Assembly: GCA_023205875.1 (NCBI GenBank)
Contig: CP060772.1
Span: forward strand, 1-64,000
Source of the DNA: Chloropicon primus
Lineage: Eukaryota
Direction of reading: 5' to 3'
DNA: 64,000 bases
Part shown: piece after piece, positions 30,741 to 41,124 of the stretch
How the letters are laid out: every line of letters starts with the position of its first letter
How positions within the stretch are numbered: the first letter of the stretch is position 1
The notes under the pieces: model-generated
The model's database searches: none
The model's input: the letters and a program-made list of their open reading frames with translations, nothing else
Told to the model about the DNA's origin: nothing
Position numbers and translations under genes: made by a program

Positions 30741-32696
30741 TCATCCGTAGGCGTTTCCAGGCCATCTTGGGAACGGAATCGTTTCTCTGATGTTCTCCAC
30801 GCCCGTGGTAAACATGATCAGGCGCTCGAATCCCAGTCCGAACCCGCCGTGGGGCACGGTTCCGTACTTCCTCAGGTCCATGTACCACCCATACTCCTCC
30901 ATGTTGAGGCCCGCATCCTCCATCTTCTTCGAGAGCACGTCGTAGTTCTCCTCCCTCTGGCTTCCGCCCACGAGCTCTCCCACGCCCGGCACCAAGACGT
31001 CCATGGCGGCCACGGTCTTGCCATCGTCGTTGAGCTTCATGTAAAACGCCTTGATCTCCTTGGGGTAGTTGTACAATATCGTGGGGCACTTGAAGTGCTC
31101 CTCCGCCAGGAACCTCTCGTGCTCGCTCGCGAGGTCGCACCCCCAGAAAACAGGGTTGACGAATTTCTTCTTCCCCTTTCTCCTCTTGGCCTCCTTCTCC
31201 AAAATCTCGATGGCTTCGGTGTAAGTGCACCTCGCGAAGCTGCTCGTAGCCACGGACTGCACCCTCTGCAGGCACTTCTTGTCGACCATCCTGTTGAAGA
31301 ACTGCATGTCGTCGTTGCACTTGTCCAAGAGATACTGGCAGCAGAACTTGACGTAGTCCTCGGCGAGGTTCATCACGTCCGCCAAGTCCGCGAAAGCGAT
31401 CTCTGGCTCGATCATCCAGAACTCGGCGGCGTGCCTCGTGGTGTGCGAGTTCTCCGCCCGGAAGGTCGGGCCGAACGTGTAAATCTTCGACATGGCGCAG
31501 GCGTAGGCCTCTCCCTGGAGCTGGCCAGAGACGCACAAGAAAGACTTGAGGCCGAAGAAGTCCTTCTTGTAATCGATCACGCCGTCCTTGGTCCTCAAGA
31601 AGCCGTCGGGGCACTGCCTCCGGTGCTTGGCTTTCTCCACCGCCTCCTTGGAGGCCATCAGCTCCTCCACCTTTGCCTTGACCACCGCGTCCTTGTCCTT
31701 CACGTCGGCCTTGAGGGCCTCGTTCTCGGGGTCCTCCTTGAGCGCGTCCTTGGCCCCCTTCAGGGCGTCCTTGGCCTCCTTCACCTCCGATCCCTTGGCA
31801 GAGGACGCGGACTCGAGGCCCGCGAGCTCCTCGTCGTTCAGCAGCTTCTGGTCCTTGATCAGCGCGTCCGCGGCCACGGGCAGGGTCGTCACCTGGAAGG
31901 CCTCCCCGGCGCCCTCCGCGTCGCTGGTTCCGATGATGGGGGTGTGGACGTAGAAGAAGTCGTTCTCCTGGAAGAACAGGTGGGTGGCCAGAGACAGGGC
32001 GTTCCTCACCCTGGCGATGGCGGATATCGTGTTCGTCCTGGCCCTCAAGTGCAGCTGGGACCGCAGGAACTCGAAAGTGGTCTTCTTCTTCGCGATGGGG
32101 TACACGCTCCCGTCGCAGCTGCCGGAGTACACCACCTTGGCGCACTTGAGCTCCACCCTCTGCTTGACGCCCTTCGGCGTTCGCTTCAGCTCGCCCTCGG
32201 CCACCAGGGAGCAGCCCGTGGTCGCGATGGCCTTGAGCTCCACGCCCGAGGACTCCGCGGCCTCCTTTGTCACCATGACTTGAAGGTTAAGGGGCGTCGA
32301 CCCGTCGTTCAGCTCGATGAACGCAAAGGCTCCTCCGCCCTGGACCCTCCCGGTCTTCACCCAACCCCCCACCACCGCAGTCAGCAACACCTCGTCCGTG
32401 TCCACCTCCTCCGTGTCCCCCTCGCCCGCCAACGCAGTCCCCTGGGCCACCACATCCTTCACCGACGTCTTGTTGAACATCCTCCCGTACTTTTCCTTTC
32501 CCTTCCTCGCTGAGAATCCGCATCCATCGGAGCCAGGACCTTCCTCCACCTTCAACTCCGCCATCCCTTGGCTCAGCTCCGTCACCACCGGTTGCTTCTC
32601 CGCTTCCGCTTTCGCTTGCGTTTCCTCTCCCGCGTCGGTTACCCTCCCCCCGTACAGCGTAACCGCCACGAGGTCGCCGTCTTCCTTGTCACACAT
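30741..32696 (-). CDS. Asparaginyl-tRNA synthetase with a WHEP-like helical insertion
   Basis: An OB fold (GGWVKTGRVQG...ELNDGS) is followed by HLRARTN, VSGQLQGE, FGPTFRAENSHTTRHAAEFWMIEPE, GGSQREE and PHGGFGLGFERL. Confidence 0.96.
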   Translation of the reverse strand: MCDKEDGDLVAVTLYGGRVTDAGEETQAKAEAEKQPVVTELSQGMAELKVEEGPGSDGCGFSARKGKEKYGRMFNKTSVKDVVAQGTALAGEGDTEEVDTDEVLLTAVVGGWVKTGRVQGGGAFAFIELNDGSTPLNLQVMVTKEAAESSGVELKAIATTGCSLVAEGELKRTPKGVKQRVELKCAKVVYSGSCDGSVYPIAKKKTTFEFLRSQLHLRARTNTISAIARVRNALSLATHLFFQENDFFYVHTPIIGTSDAEGAGEAFQVTTLPVAADALIKDQKLLNDEELAGLESASSAKGSEVKEAKDALKGAKDALKEDPENEALKADVKDKDAVVKAKVEELMASKEAVEKAKHRRQCPDGFLRTKDGVIDYKKDFFGLKSFLCVSGQLQGEAYACAMSKIYTFGPTFRAENSHTTRHAAEFWMIEPEIAFADLADVMNLAEDYVKFCCQYLLDKCNDDMQFFNRMVDKKCLQRVQSVATSSFARCTYTEAIEILEKEAKRRKGKKKFVNPVFWGCDLASEHERFLAEEHFKCPTILYNYPKEIKAFYMKLNDDGKTVAAMDVLVPGVGELVGGSQREENYDVLSKKMEDAGLNMEEYGWYMDLRKYGTVPHGGFGLGFERLIMFTTGVENIRETIPFPRWPGNAYG

Positions 32697-33250
32697 CTTC
32701 CTCCGTCCTTCTCCTTCGTCCTCTGCTCCGCTGGACGCGTCCTAGGCATGCCATGCCATGCATGGAGAGAGACACCAAGGATGCCGGAGGACAAAACAAT
32801 GGGTCAGTCCCAAGTCATCCGTGGACGAAAACTTTCAAACAAGGTGTCGTTCGAAAGATCTCGACAAGAGGAAGACGTTTACATGTTCCCTATCGCGTTA
32901 GGATCACGTCAACGACACGTAAACCTGTCGTGAAACCTTACCTCTCTCCCCTTCCTTCCTGGCGGCCTCCTCGACACACACACAGTGTACCCTCTCTTAC
33001 ACCTCATTCTCGCTCCTCTCACACATTCATCCAACAACATTTCCTTTCAAACGTCTACTAACGAAACTAAACTCCACTATAGGTATTATTGTTATGATAC
33101 AAATCTATTCGTTTCGGTATAAGAAGTATTCCAAGTTACGTTTCGTGTGGAATGCTCAATGGCGGCGGCGGCGACGGCGAACGAAAGCGAAGAGTACGAA
33201 AATCATATTCTCGCGTCGCCTTGTCGGACAGAGGAGCGAAGGGATTGATC

Positions 33251-34212
33251 ATGGGAGCGTACAAGGTAAGAGAGCAACGAGAGAACACAAGACAAAGAAC
33301 AAGACGAGGTCCTCCTTCTCCTCCTTCTTCTTCTCGTTTTCTTTCCGCGCGCGGGATGGAACGCGGAACTCGAAACCCTGGAAGAGATGCAGAGAAGAAG
33401 AAGATGCAGAGGAGGAGAGGAGAGGAGAGGAGAGGAGGTTGTCCCTCGTCCTTGGCCTCCGCAGCATGCTTGATGCTTGATGATCTCGTGTGTGTTTTTT
33501 TACTTTTTTTTTTCCATCCCAGTGACTGACGGACTCTCCGTTTCATCATCATAATCTTCATCATCTTTCTCTTTGTGTTGTGTGTTTATGAATATTGATA
33601 CTATTTTTATAGTATGTTGAGGAGCTTTGGCGCAAGAAGCAGAGTGATGTGCTTCGCTTCTTGCTGAGAGTGAGGTGCTGGGAGTATAGGCAGCTGAGCA
33701 GCATCTGCCGCTTGACCAGGCCAAGCAGGCCGGACAAGGCCAGGAGACTTGGGTACAAGGCCAAGCAGGGCGTCGTGGTGTACAGGACGAGGGTGAGAAG
33801 AGGAGGAAGGAAGAAGCCTGTGCCTAAGGGTATCGTGTACGGAAAGCCAGTGCACCAGGGTATCACCAAGCTGAAGCCTAAGAGGAACGCGCAGGCCAGA
33901 GCCGAGGAGAAGGTGGGAAGGAAGTGCGGTGGACTCAGGGTTCTCAACTCTTACTGGGTCAACGAGGACTCCACCTACAAGTACTTCGAGGTCATCTTGG
34001 TCGACCCGCAGCACAACGCCATCAGGAACGATGCCCGCATGAACTGGATCTGCAACCCGCAGCACAAGCACAGGGAGCTCAGGGGCCTCACTTCCGCCGG
34101 AAAGAAGCACAGAGGTCTCAAGGCCAAGGGACACTTGGGCCACAAGAGAAGGCCATCCGAGAGGGCCGTTCTCAAGAAGAACAACGCGGTCAGGCTCAGA
34201 AGATACAGGTAA
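33251..34212 (+). CDS. RPL15: 60S ribosomal protein L15 (eL15); exons 33251-33265 and 33613-34212
   Basis: MGAYK | [27 protein letters not shown]...[15 protein letters not shown]...[12 protein letters not shown]...RRYR, with a GTAAG...TAG intron. Confidence 0.98.
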
Positions 34213-34384
34213 ATTGCCTAGAGGTTCGGGCCTGGAGCTTTGCCGCCTCCCTGCGGAGGCTGGCCATCGCTGCGCTGCCCTGCTTTATAGTTCAATAATG
34301 TTAATGAGATCTCAGACGACCTTATTATTGCTCCTTCTCCGCGCGGCACTGCGTGTCCTCGAGCTACCACTGTTCGGTCAGGTC

Positions 34385-34627
34385 CGTCGGAATTCTCTTT
34401 GATCCACGCGGCCACGTGCAGGTGACCGCACATGCTCGCCTGACCTATACAAACAACGGATACCAAGGGCAAGGTGGGTCCTGGCTTCGAAGCCACTTGA
34501 GAACGTCAAGGTGACCTCCTCGAGCTGCCTGAGAACAAGTCCACTCGTCCCAATCACAAGGCGGGTCCTGACTTCGAAGCCACTGCAGAACATCAAGGTG
34601 ACCTCCAAAAGCTGCACCTTCACAAGT
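34385..34627 (-). pseudogene. Ankyrin-repeat gene relic (2.5 repeats, stop and frameshift)
   Basis: The minus strand reads TCEGAAFGGHLDVLQWLRSQDPPCDWDEWTCSQAARGGHLDVLKWLRSQDPPCPWYPLFV*, then continues after a frameshift as CIGQASMCGHLHVAAWIKEN. An in-frame TAA precedes it and there is no start codon. Confidence 0.8.
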
Positions 34628-34876
34628 TTATAGGGTTCTAGTGAAACGCATCCACGCTTGACCATCGATCTTGTTCCAGTTTGGTAGAGGGTTCCAGAGT
34701 CCATGACTCACACCACCCTTCGTCATCACCCTTCGTCCGGTTGTTGTCCAGCACCAAGGGAGTGGGAGTGAAGTGGATTGGAGTCGAGAGCAGGAACCTT
34801 GGTCGATTCTTGTTCCATGGATTAAAGTCTCGTGACATTCTTGCATTGTTTTGGGGAGAAAGCTTGCGGTATTGTC

Positions 34877-35332
34877 ATGAGGCCGCCAAGCCTGAGGGTG
34901 GCCTGTGACACCATTCGAAGCGTGATACTCGAAAGGAAAGGGTCGCCAAAGGATGTGGTCCTGGCCGTGCATCGACTGAACCAGGTCTTGGCCAAGGCAC
35001 GGACGTTTGCTGAGCTTGAAGACCTCGTGACCACCGTGTTGGTCACTCCACAAAAGGGAGCAGAGGGGAGAGGAGGGAAGGAGAATGCTGGCATTGATGC
35101 AGATTCCCTCACGTTCCTGCAGATCCTCGTAGACGTTGTCGTGTCAGGCAAGCCCGAAGCGTATCCGATTCTTTGCCTTTTGAACACTCTTTCCCTGGTC
35201 AAGGAATCCAGTGACAGCCTCGCGCGCCTGCAAGTTCCCTTGATATTGAAGGCCGTCACCAAGGGAAGCGTCGAGGAGGCCTCGGCGCAGATGGCGAACA
35301 AAATAATACGGACGATGGAGAAGCAAAAGTGA
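34877..35332 (+). CDS. Hypothetical alpha-helical protein (151 aa)
   Basis: An open frame with coding-like composition and amphipathic helices; no family recognised. Confidence 0.5.
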   Translation: MRPPSLRVACDTIRSVILERKGSPKDVVLAVHRLNQVLAKARTFAELEDLVTTVLVTPQKGAEGRGGKENAGIDADSLTFLQILVDVVVSGKPEAYPILCLLNTLSLVKESSDSLARLQVPLILKAVTKGSVEEASAQMANKIIRTMEKQK

Positions 35333-35410
35333 GGGGTCAGGCCTCGCCCATCTGAAAGCTGGCTCTTGCTTTTCGAGCAACGACTTTGGCAAACTTAATA
35401 TTATTGTCGT

Positions 35411-36969
35411 TTAGAAGAAGTCTCCTCCCTTGATCAGCAGGCACGAGACCGTGGCCCCCGCGGGAATGTGGCCGCTGCCTTGCGGCACCTCCACCAGTCC
35501 ATTGGCGCTCCTGAGGCTGAGGAGCCGGCTGCTTCGCTGGAAGCCCGTGCTGTGGGCCACCAGCACCAAAGGCTCGCTGCACTTGTTGCCATTGTCCTCG
35601 TCTTTGCAGCCGTAGCTGAAGGGGTCAAGCGGAGGCAGGGACAGTGTGACGCGGTGGTACTCGGGCCTCTTGGGGTCCATGGCGATCTTGTCTGCCGTCC
35701 TCACCCCCATCCTCCTCAGTCTTGGGTTCGTCCAGCCCGCCAGCTTCCTCAGCGCGGGGACGACGACCAGGTTGAAGGTGACGAAGCTCGAGACGGGGTT
35801 CCCGGGAAGCCCAAAGACCAGGAGCTTCCTCCCCTTCTCCCGGCCCTCGACCGTAGCGAAGGTCAAAGGTTTTCCTGGCTTCATCATCACCTTGCCAAAA
35901 TGGACCTTCCCCTTTTGTTCCAAGATCGGTTTGATCAAGTCGGAATCGCCCATGCTGACGCCCCCGGAAGTCACCAAAACGTCCACGTTGTTGTCCACAG
36001 CCTTCTGGAACGAGAGCTCCAGCCTGGCCTGGTCATCCCCCGTGATTCCCAAGTCCATCACCTCTGAGCAGTAGGGTTGGGCGCAGGACAGGAGCACGGG
36101 CCTGTTGGCGTCGTAGATCTGGTGCCTCCCCTTCCTGGAGGCCTCTCTCCCTGTCCCCACATCGACGACCTCGTCTCCGGTGGACATGAACGCAGCGAGG
36201 GGCTTGCTCACGACTGCGACGGACTGAAATCCGAGAGACGCCAAGATGCCGATGTCCGCGGACTCCAGCAGCTTTCCCTTTCCGAGGACGACTTCACCCA
36301 AAGCCATGTCCGATCCGATTTGCCTCACGTTGTGCCCCACCGCCATGTTTTTGACGGCATCGCCAAGCACTTCCATCACGCGCTTCCCATCGGCAGCCGT
36401 GGAAGTCTTCGTGTCCTCGATCATGACGACGGCATCCGATCCCCGTGGCAGCGGCGATCCGGTGGTGATGTAGCAGCAGCCCCCCTTGGACACGACCAGG
36501 TCGTCGTCCACGTTCCCCGCGCGATTCTCTCCCACGACAGCAAACTCCTTGGTGTCATCCCCCGCTTGGACGGCAAAGCCATCCATGATCGACAAGGCCT
36601 TGTCTGGAATTGCCGCCGGTGCCACGACGTCCTGGTCCAGCACGTGGCCAACACATTGACTGATCCCGCATTGGAAACTAGCCTTGGTGCTCCTGACTTC
36701 CGACAGCACTTTCTGCAAAGGAAAGAAACAGAGACAAGAGGCAGAGGAGGCGTTCAGTTTCCTTCAAGCAACCCTGGCAAGGCCGGCGATGCTAGACTCC
36801 TCCGCTAGATTCCATCCATCCATCCATCCATCCATCCATCCATCCATCCATCCATCCATCCATCCATCCATCCTAATGCTGCTGCTAATACTGCTGCTGA
36901 CTCACTCACCTCCAAAGCCTCCTCCACGGGGACCATCTTGTACAGCGCTGCTGGCGTATCGTAACCCAT
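35411..36969 (-). CDS. CNX1E: Molybdopterin molybdenumtransferase (MoeA / gephyrin E domain / CNX1E); exons 36910-36969 and 35411-36712
   Basis: Motifs are [65 protein letters not shown] and QRSSRLLS. The first exon [20 protein letters not shown] joins through a GTGAGT...CAG intron. No G domain is present. Confidence 0.93.
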
Positions 36970-37007
36970 GATGCCCCTCGGTTCCCTTCCCTTCCCTTGG
37001 CAGAGAC

Positions 37008-37076
<69 letters not shown>

Positions 37077-37975
37077 ACCAGAACCAAGACACGGAGCCCA
37101 AGCCAAGCCAAGCCAATCGAAACAAAAACACAATCCGATCTGTTCTGTCAGTTTCACAGGGACAGAGACAGGGAGAGAGAGCCAAGTGGCTCGCGATTCA
37201 ATTCAATTCGAATCGAGTTGCGTTTCTTCTTCTTCTTCCTCTTCCTCTTCTTCCTCTTCAAGAGTGGTGATGGTGGTGGTGATGGTGGTGCGGAACGCTG
37301 CCTCTCTTCCGCTCCGCCTTGTGAAGGGAAGCGGAAACGACTTGGTCCACGTACCTTCACTTCGTGACGGCCTGGGATCAGTTTCCCTGCCTTCCCAAGT
37401 ACAATGCTGCTGCTCTTGCTCCTCCCTCCTCCTCTGCTCCTCTGCTCGCTCGCTCTCTTCGTCCTCCCGCCAAATTTTGTGGCTTTTTCCTGCTTCATTT
37501 TTTCGCGGGAAAGGCACAAAAGACGAGGACACCGGGCCATACCGTGGGAAGTGGAGGGCGAGAGGGAGGGAACGAGGACGAGGGGACTAGAGCGGACGGC
37601 AGTAGACCTCGAGGGCTTTCGATTGGTACCTCGGTTGCCCGTTTTGGTTCCGGATTTCGTAACGCTTGCTTTCGTGGAAAGGAATCGAGTTTGAGGCGGC
37701 CAAGGGAGAAGACTTGACGATCCCTTCTGGCTTGGCTTGGCTTGGCTTGCAGGAGGACAGGCAAACGAGGGGAAGCTTTGCTCGCCACGACCGGAGGGAG
37801 GAGAAGCTGCTGCAGTCCTGTCATTCTTCAAACCCGTGGACGGCACTGAGGTCGAACACCTTTCTCATCAACTCATCACCAGCATCACCATCACCCATCA
37901 GCACCATCAGCACCAGCATCGACTCCGGGGGTTAGGCAAACCGAGGTGGTTGTGCTCAGTGGTAGGACTGGCACG

Positions 37976-39274
37976 ATGTCTGCGAAGGTTGGGTTGCCTG
38001 GAGCGAGAGGCGTTGCGGTGGGTGGAGGGCACTGGGTTCGTTCCCGTAGCAGCGGCGACCGCCTGAGAGGAGCGAGCCTGGCGAGGGAGTGCCTCGCGGT
38101 CGGAGGCAGGAGGGTCCAGGGGTGCGGGAGAGGGAAGAGCTTCTTGTGCATCGGGAGCCGGAACGTCCATCTCGTGTGGTCCGGGGCGTTCAACGGGGCG
38201 CAGAGCTTGAGGGGTGGCGAGGTGGAGGACGAGAACGAGAGGTACGACAGGCTGGCGGAGGTGTTCGCGAACCGAGAGGAGGCCGCCTGGGAGCGCTTGA
38301 TGGCGCAGAGCAGGCGGTGGGACGGGATGCGCGAGGGGTTCTTCAGGAGGCTCAGGGAAAGGGGCGAGGAGGAGGAGGGCGAACTCCTGGGCCGCCTCGA
38401 GGAAGCGAATGAGAGGTACGCGAGGAAGAAGGAAATCTTCGACAAGCTGACCGAGGCCTCGGACTTCGACCTTGAGGGCCTGGTGGCCCTTTACGGCGAG
38501 AGGTTGGACCAGGAGTTCTTCGACTTCTGCCGGGACGTCATCCTGTCGTACAAGAGCGAGAAGGACGAGCAGGAGAGGTTGGCCAACTCCATGTCCGCGG
38601 TGATCACCCTGAGGGAAGCACAGGTCGACCTGGAGGACGACGCGGAGGCCTTGCAAAAGGCCTCGGAGCAGCTGGGAAAGATCCTTGAGTCCGCGTCCCT
38701 GGAGGAGGCCGAGAAGCAGATCGACGGCCTGCTGGAGACGGGTGGGATGGATCCGGCTCTGATGATGATGATGGCAAAGGCCTGGGCGGGAGCAAAGGAG
38801 TCGAGCATGATGAAGGAGGAGGCAAAGGACGTGATGTTCCACTTGTACAACAAGGCCAGGGACGGCTTGACCGAGCAGCAGCCCACGGAGTTCAAGATCT
38901 TGAAGTTCGTGGTGTCCCAGCCCACCGCCAGGGAACGGAGGGACGCCCTTGAGGCCGCGTTCACGCCGGGGCTGAACTACGAGTCTGGGGACACGGAGTA
39001 CCTCTCGACGACGCCCGAGAAGCTCCTGAAGACCGTGGACACGGTGCTCAGCACGTACGAGCTGCAGAGGATGAAGTACAACCTGAACCCGATGGCTCCC
39101 GCGCAGGCGTTGAAGACGAGGGAGGGCGAGCTCACGGGGAGCGAGGTCTTCGTCGGCATGCAGCAGGAGGCCCAGAGGCTTCCCGGGAGCAACGTGATCG
39201 AGGACCTGCGGGAGATCAAGGTCATGATCATGCGAGACTTCATGACGGGGCAATCGGACATCCTCATCCCCTAG
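37976..39274 (+). CDS. At4g37920-like uncharacterised chloroplast protein
   Basis: An Arg/Ser/Gly-rich transit-like N-terminus precedes AWAGAKESSMMKEEAKDVMFHLY, KILKF, ALEAAFTPG and YLSTTPEKL, which match my recollection of this plant family. Confidence 0.75.
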   Translation: MSAKVGLPGARGVAVGGGHWVRSRSSGDRLRGASLARECLAVGGRRVQGCGRGKSFLCIGSRNVHLVWSGAFNGAQSLRGGEVEDENERYDRLAEVFANREEAAWERLMAQSRRWDGMREGFFRRLRERGEEEEGELLGRLEEANERYARKKEIFDKLTEASDFDLEGLVALYGERLDQEFFDFCRDVILSYKSEKDEQERLANSMSAVITLREAQVDLEDDAEALQKASEQLGKILESASLEEAEKQIDGLLETGGMDPALMMMMAKAWAGAKESSMMKEEAKDVMFHLYNKARDGLTEQQPTEFKILKFVVSQPTARERRDALEAAFTPGLNYESGDTEYLSTTPEKLLKTVDTVLSTYELQRMKYNLNPMAPAQALKTREGELTGSEVFVGMQQEAQRLPGSNVIEDLREIKVMIMRDFMTGQSDILIP

Positions 39275-41124
39275 TACAAGGAGGTTAGTGCATGTGGAAT
39301 TGCATACTAGATATCTATAAGGCAGAGAAAGTATAACACAATTATATTGTGCTTTGGAAACGGAGTCCTCATCAAAACACCCTGGATGCAAAGAGGGAGG
39401 AGGGAGGAGCACGCTCATTCCTCCTCCATCCTGATCCTGATCCTGATCCTGATCCTGATCCTCATCGAGTGAGACGCCTGAGCCTCCTGGTTCCCACCAA
39501 GTTTTCCCACAACATTTCCTCTTTTGAATCCCAGAGTAAGCCTCTTTATACGATACGCAACTATAGCAAACTCTAGTTTGAAACAAACTCGAGTGTTGTT
39601 AGATTCTTCTTTGTTTGACTTGCTCTCATGCCAGGTTGGCTTGTGAACCACTCGTTGCTCGCTCTCTTCTTCTCCCTCTCTTCCCTTCGTTAAAAACTCC
39701 TGTTAACCCTAACCCTCAGGCCCTGCCCTCACGTGGGGGGCTTTCCTCTCGGCCAATCAAAACCCAGAAACGGGATCTCCTCCTCTTTCGCCCACGAGAC
39801 GAATTGTGGAACAGCAAGGGAAACCAAAAAAAAAAACTCCACTCCAAGACAAACTCCACAATTCAAACAAAAAAATGGCAAGCAAGCTCTTCTCCTTTAA
39901 CTACGGGTTGGCACTCCTCCATGAAAAGGTTCCTCCCTTTTCGTGTAGAAAGGCAATGTTACGTTGGGTTGGCACCGGGAGAGATGTTCCCGTGACCTCC
40001 TCCTCCTTCCTTCCTTCGACAGGAGGAGGAGGCTCCTCCTCTCCCTCTCTCTCTCCTCTCCGCTTTCCTCCTTCCTGTTCCCGTTGCCTCCCTCTCCGCG
40101 GTGTTGTCTCCACACAACACCGCAATTCTACACTTGCTGTATTACGGCGCGACGCTGCTGCCTTGTCTTGTGCTCGTCCCTCTTGCAATCCCTTCCTTAA
40201 TCCCTTCGTCCCCTTGGTCCCACCCCAGCACCAGTTGTCTTCTTCTTGTCGAAGATGATGCCTTCGATTACCCGTATGAAAAAAAACACAAAGTCTTCCC
40301 GTTTTTGACGGCGAAAGAAAGAGAAAGTCTCCAGTCCTGGGTCCGATCCCTCTTCCTCTTCCTCTTTCTCTTCTCTTCTCTCTTCGCTTCTCTCTTCGCT
40401 TCTCTGCGCGCTTCTCTTCACCGCTCGTAGACGCCGCGTCCACGAACAAGCTTGAATTAGTTTCCAAGCGGAGGTGGGGTACGCGTGAGAAGAGGGGGGA
40501 AGGCGTCATGTCGCCGCTCACAAGCGCCTAGGAAGAAAGACCCGAGGGCTTGGTGCTTGGCGAGTGCGCGTCATAACAGGACGGACGCCGCACAAAAAAA
40601 ACATAAATCAATTAGATACCAAACAAAAAAAGAAAAAAGGTAAGACGCACGACAACCGGTCATGCCCAAGATCTTGGCAACTACTCTCTCTCGCGCGCGC
40701 GCTCTCTCTCTCCATCGAAAAGGCAAGGCCGAGAAAGAGGTGAACGAGCACCAGTCGACGGCGTGGCGCGGGCAATTCGGAATGAGGAACGCATACACGG
40801 CATTACGTTCAAGTCGCTTTCAATGCGTGCGTGCGTGCGAAACAAGAACCATTCCAGGGCAGCCGTGGGCCGCGTTCCATGGACCATGAAGGAAAAGAAA
40901 AGAAAAGAAAAAGTTTTTCTAAAAACCTTTCCTTTCCTTCCTGCCTTGCCGAGGCCCGGGAGGAGCAATGAACTGGATCGATTGGATCGAAGGAAGCTGA
41001 CGCAAAAGTTTGGTTCTTTCTTCGTTCGTTCTCTTTGACACAAAGTTTTTCAGGAGGGAAGACCAATTTGCTGCAAAGGTCCTGGCTTTGGGAGCAGGAC
41101 GCTTGAAAAACTTTTTCACAGACA

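Noticed and set aside
31620..31860. Helical insertion in AsnRS as a novelty
   Set aside because: A WHEP-like insertion at this position is known in plant cytosolic AsnRS.
33470..33532. TGATGA ... CTGA in the RPL15 intron as a possible box C/D snoRNA
   Set aside because: CTGAC matches the branch-point motif seen at similar positions in other introns here (e.g. 41471-41484). The interior is mostly poly-T and no terminal stem is evident.
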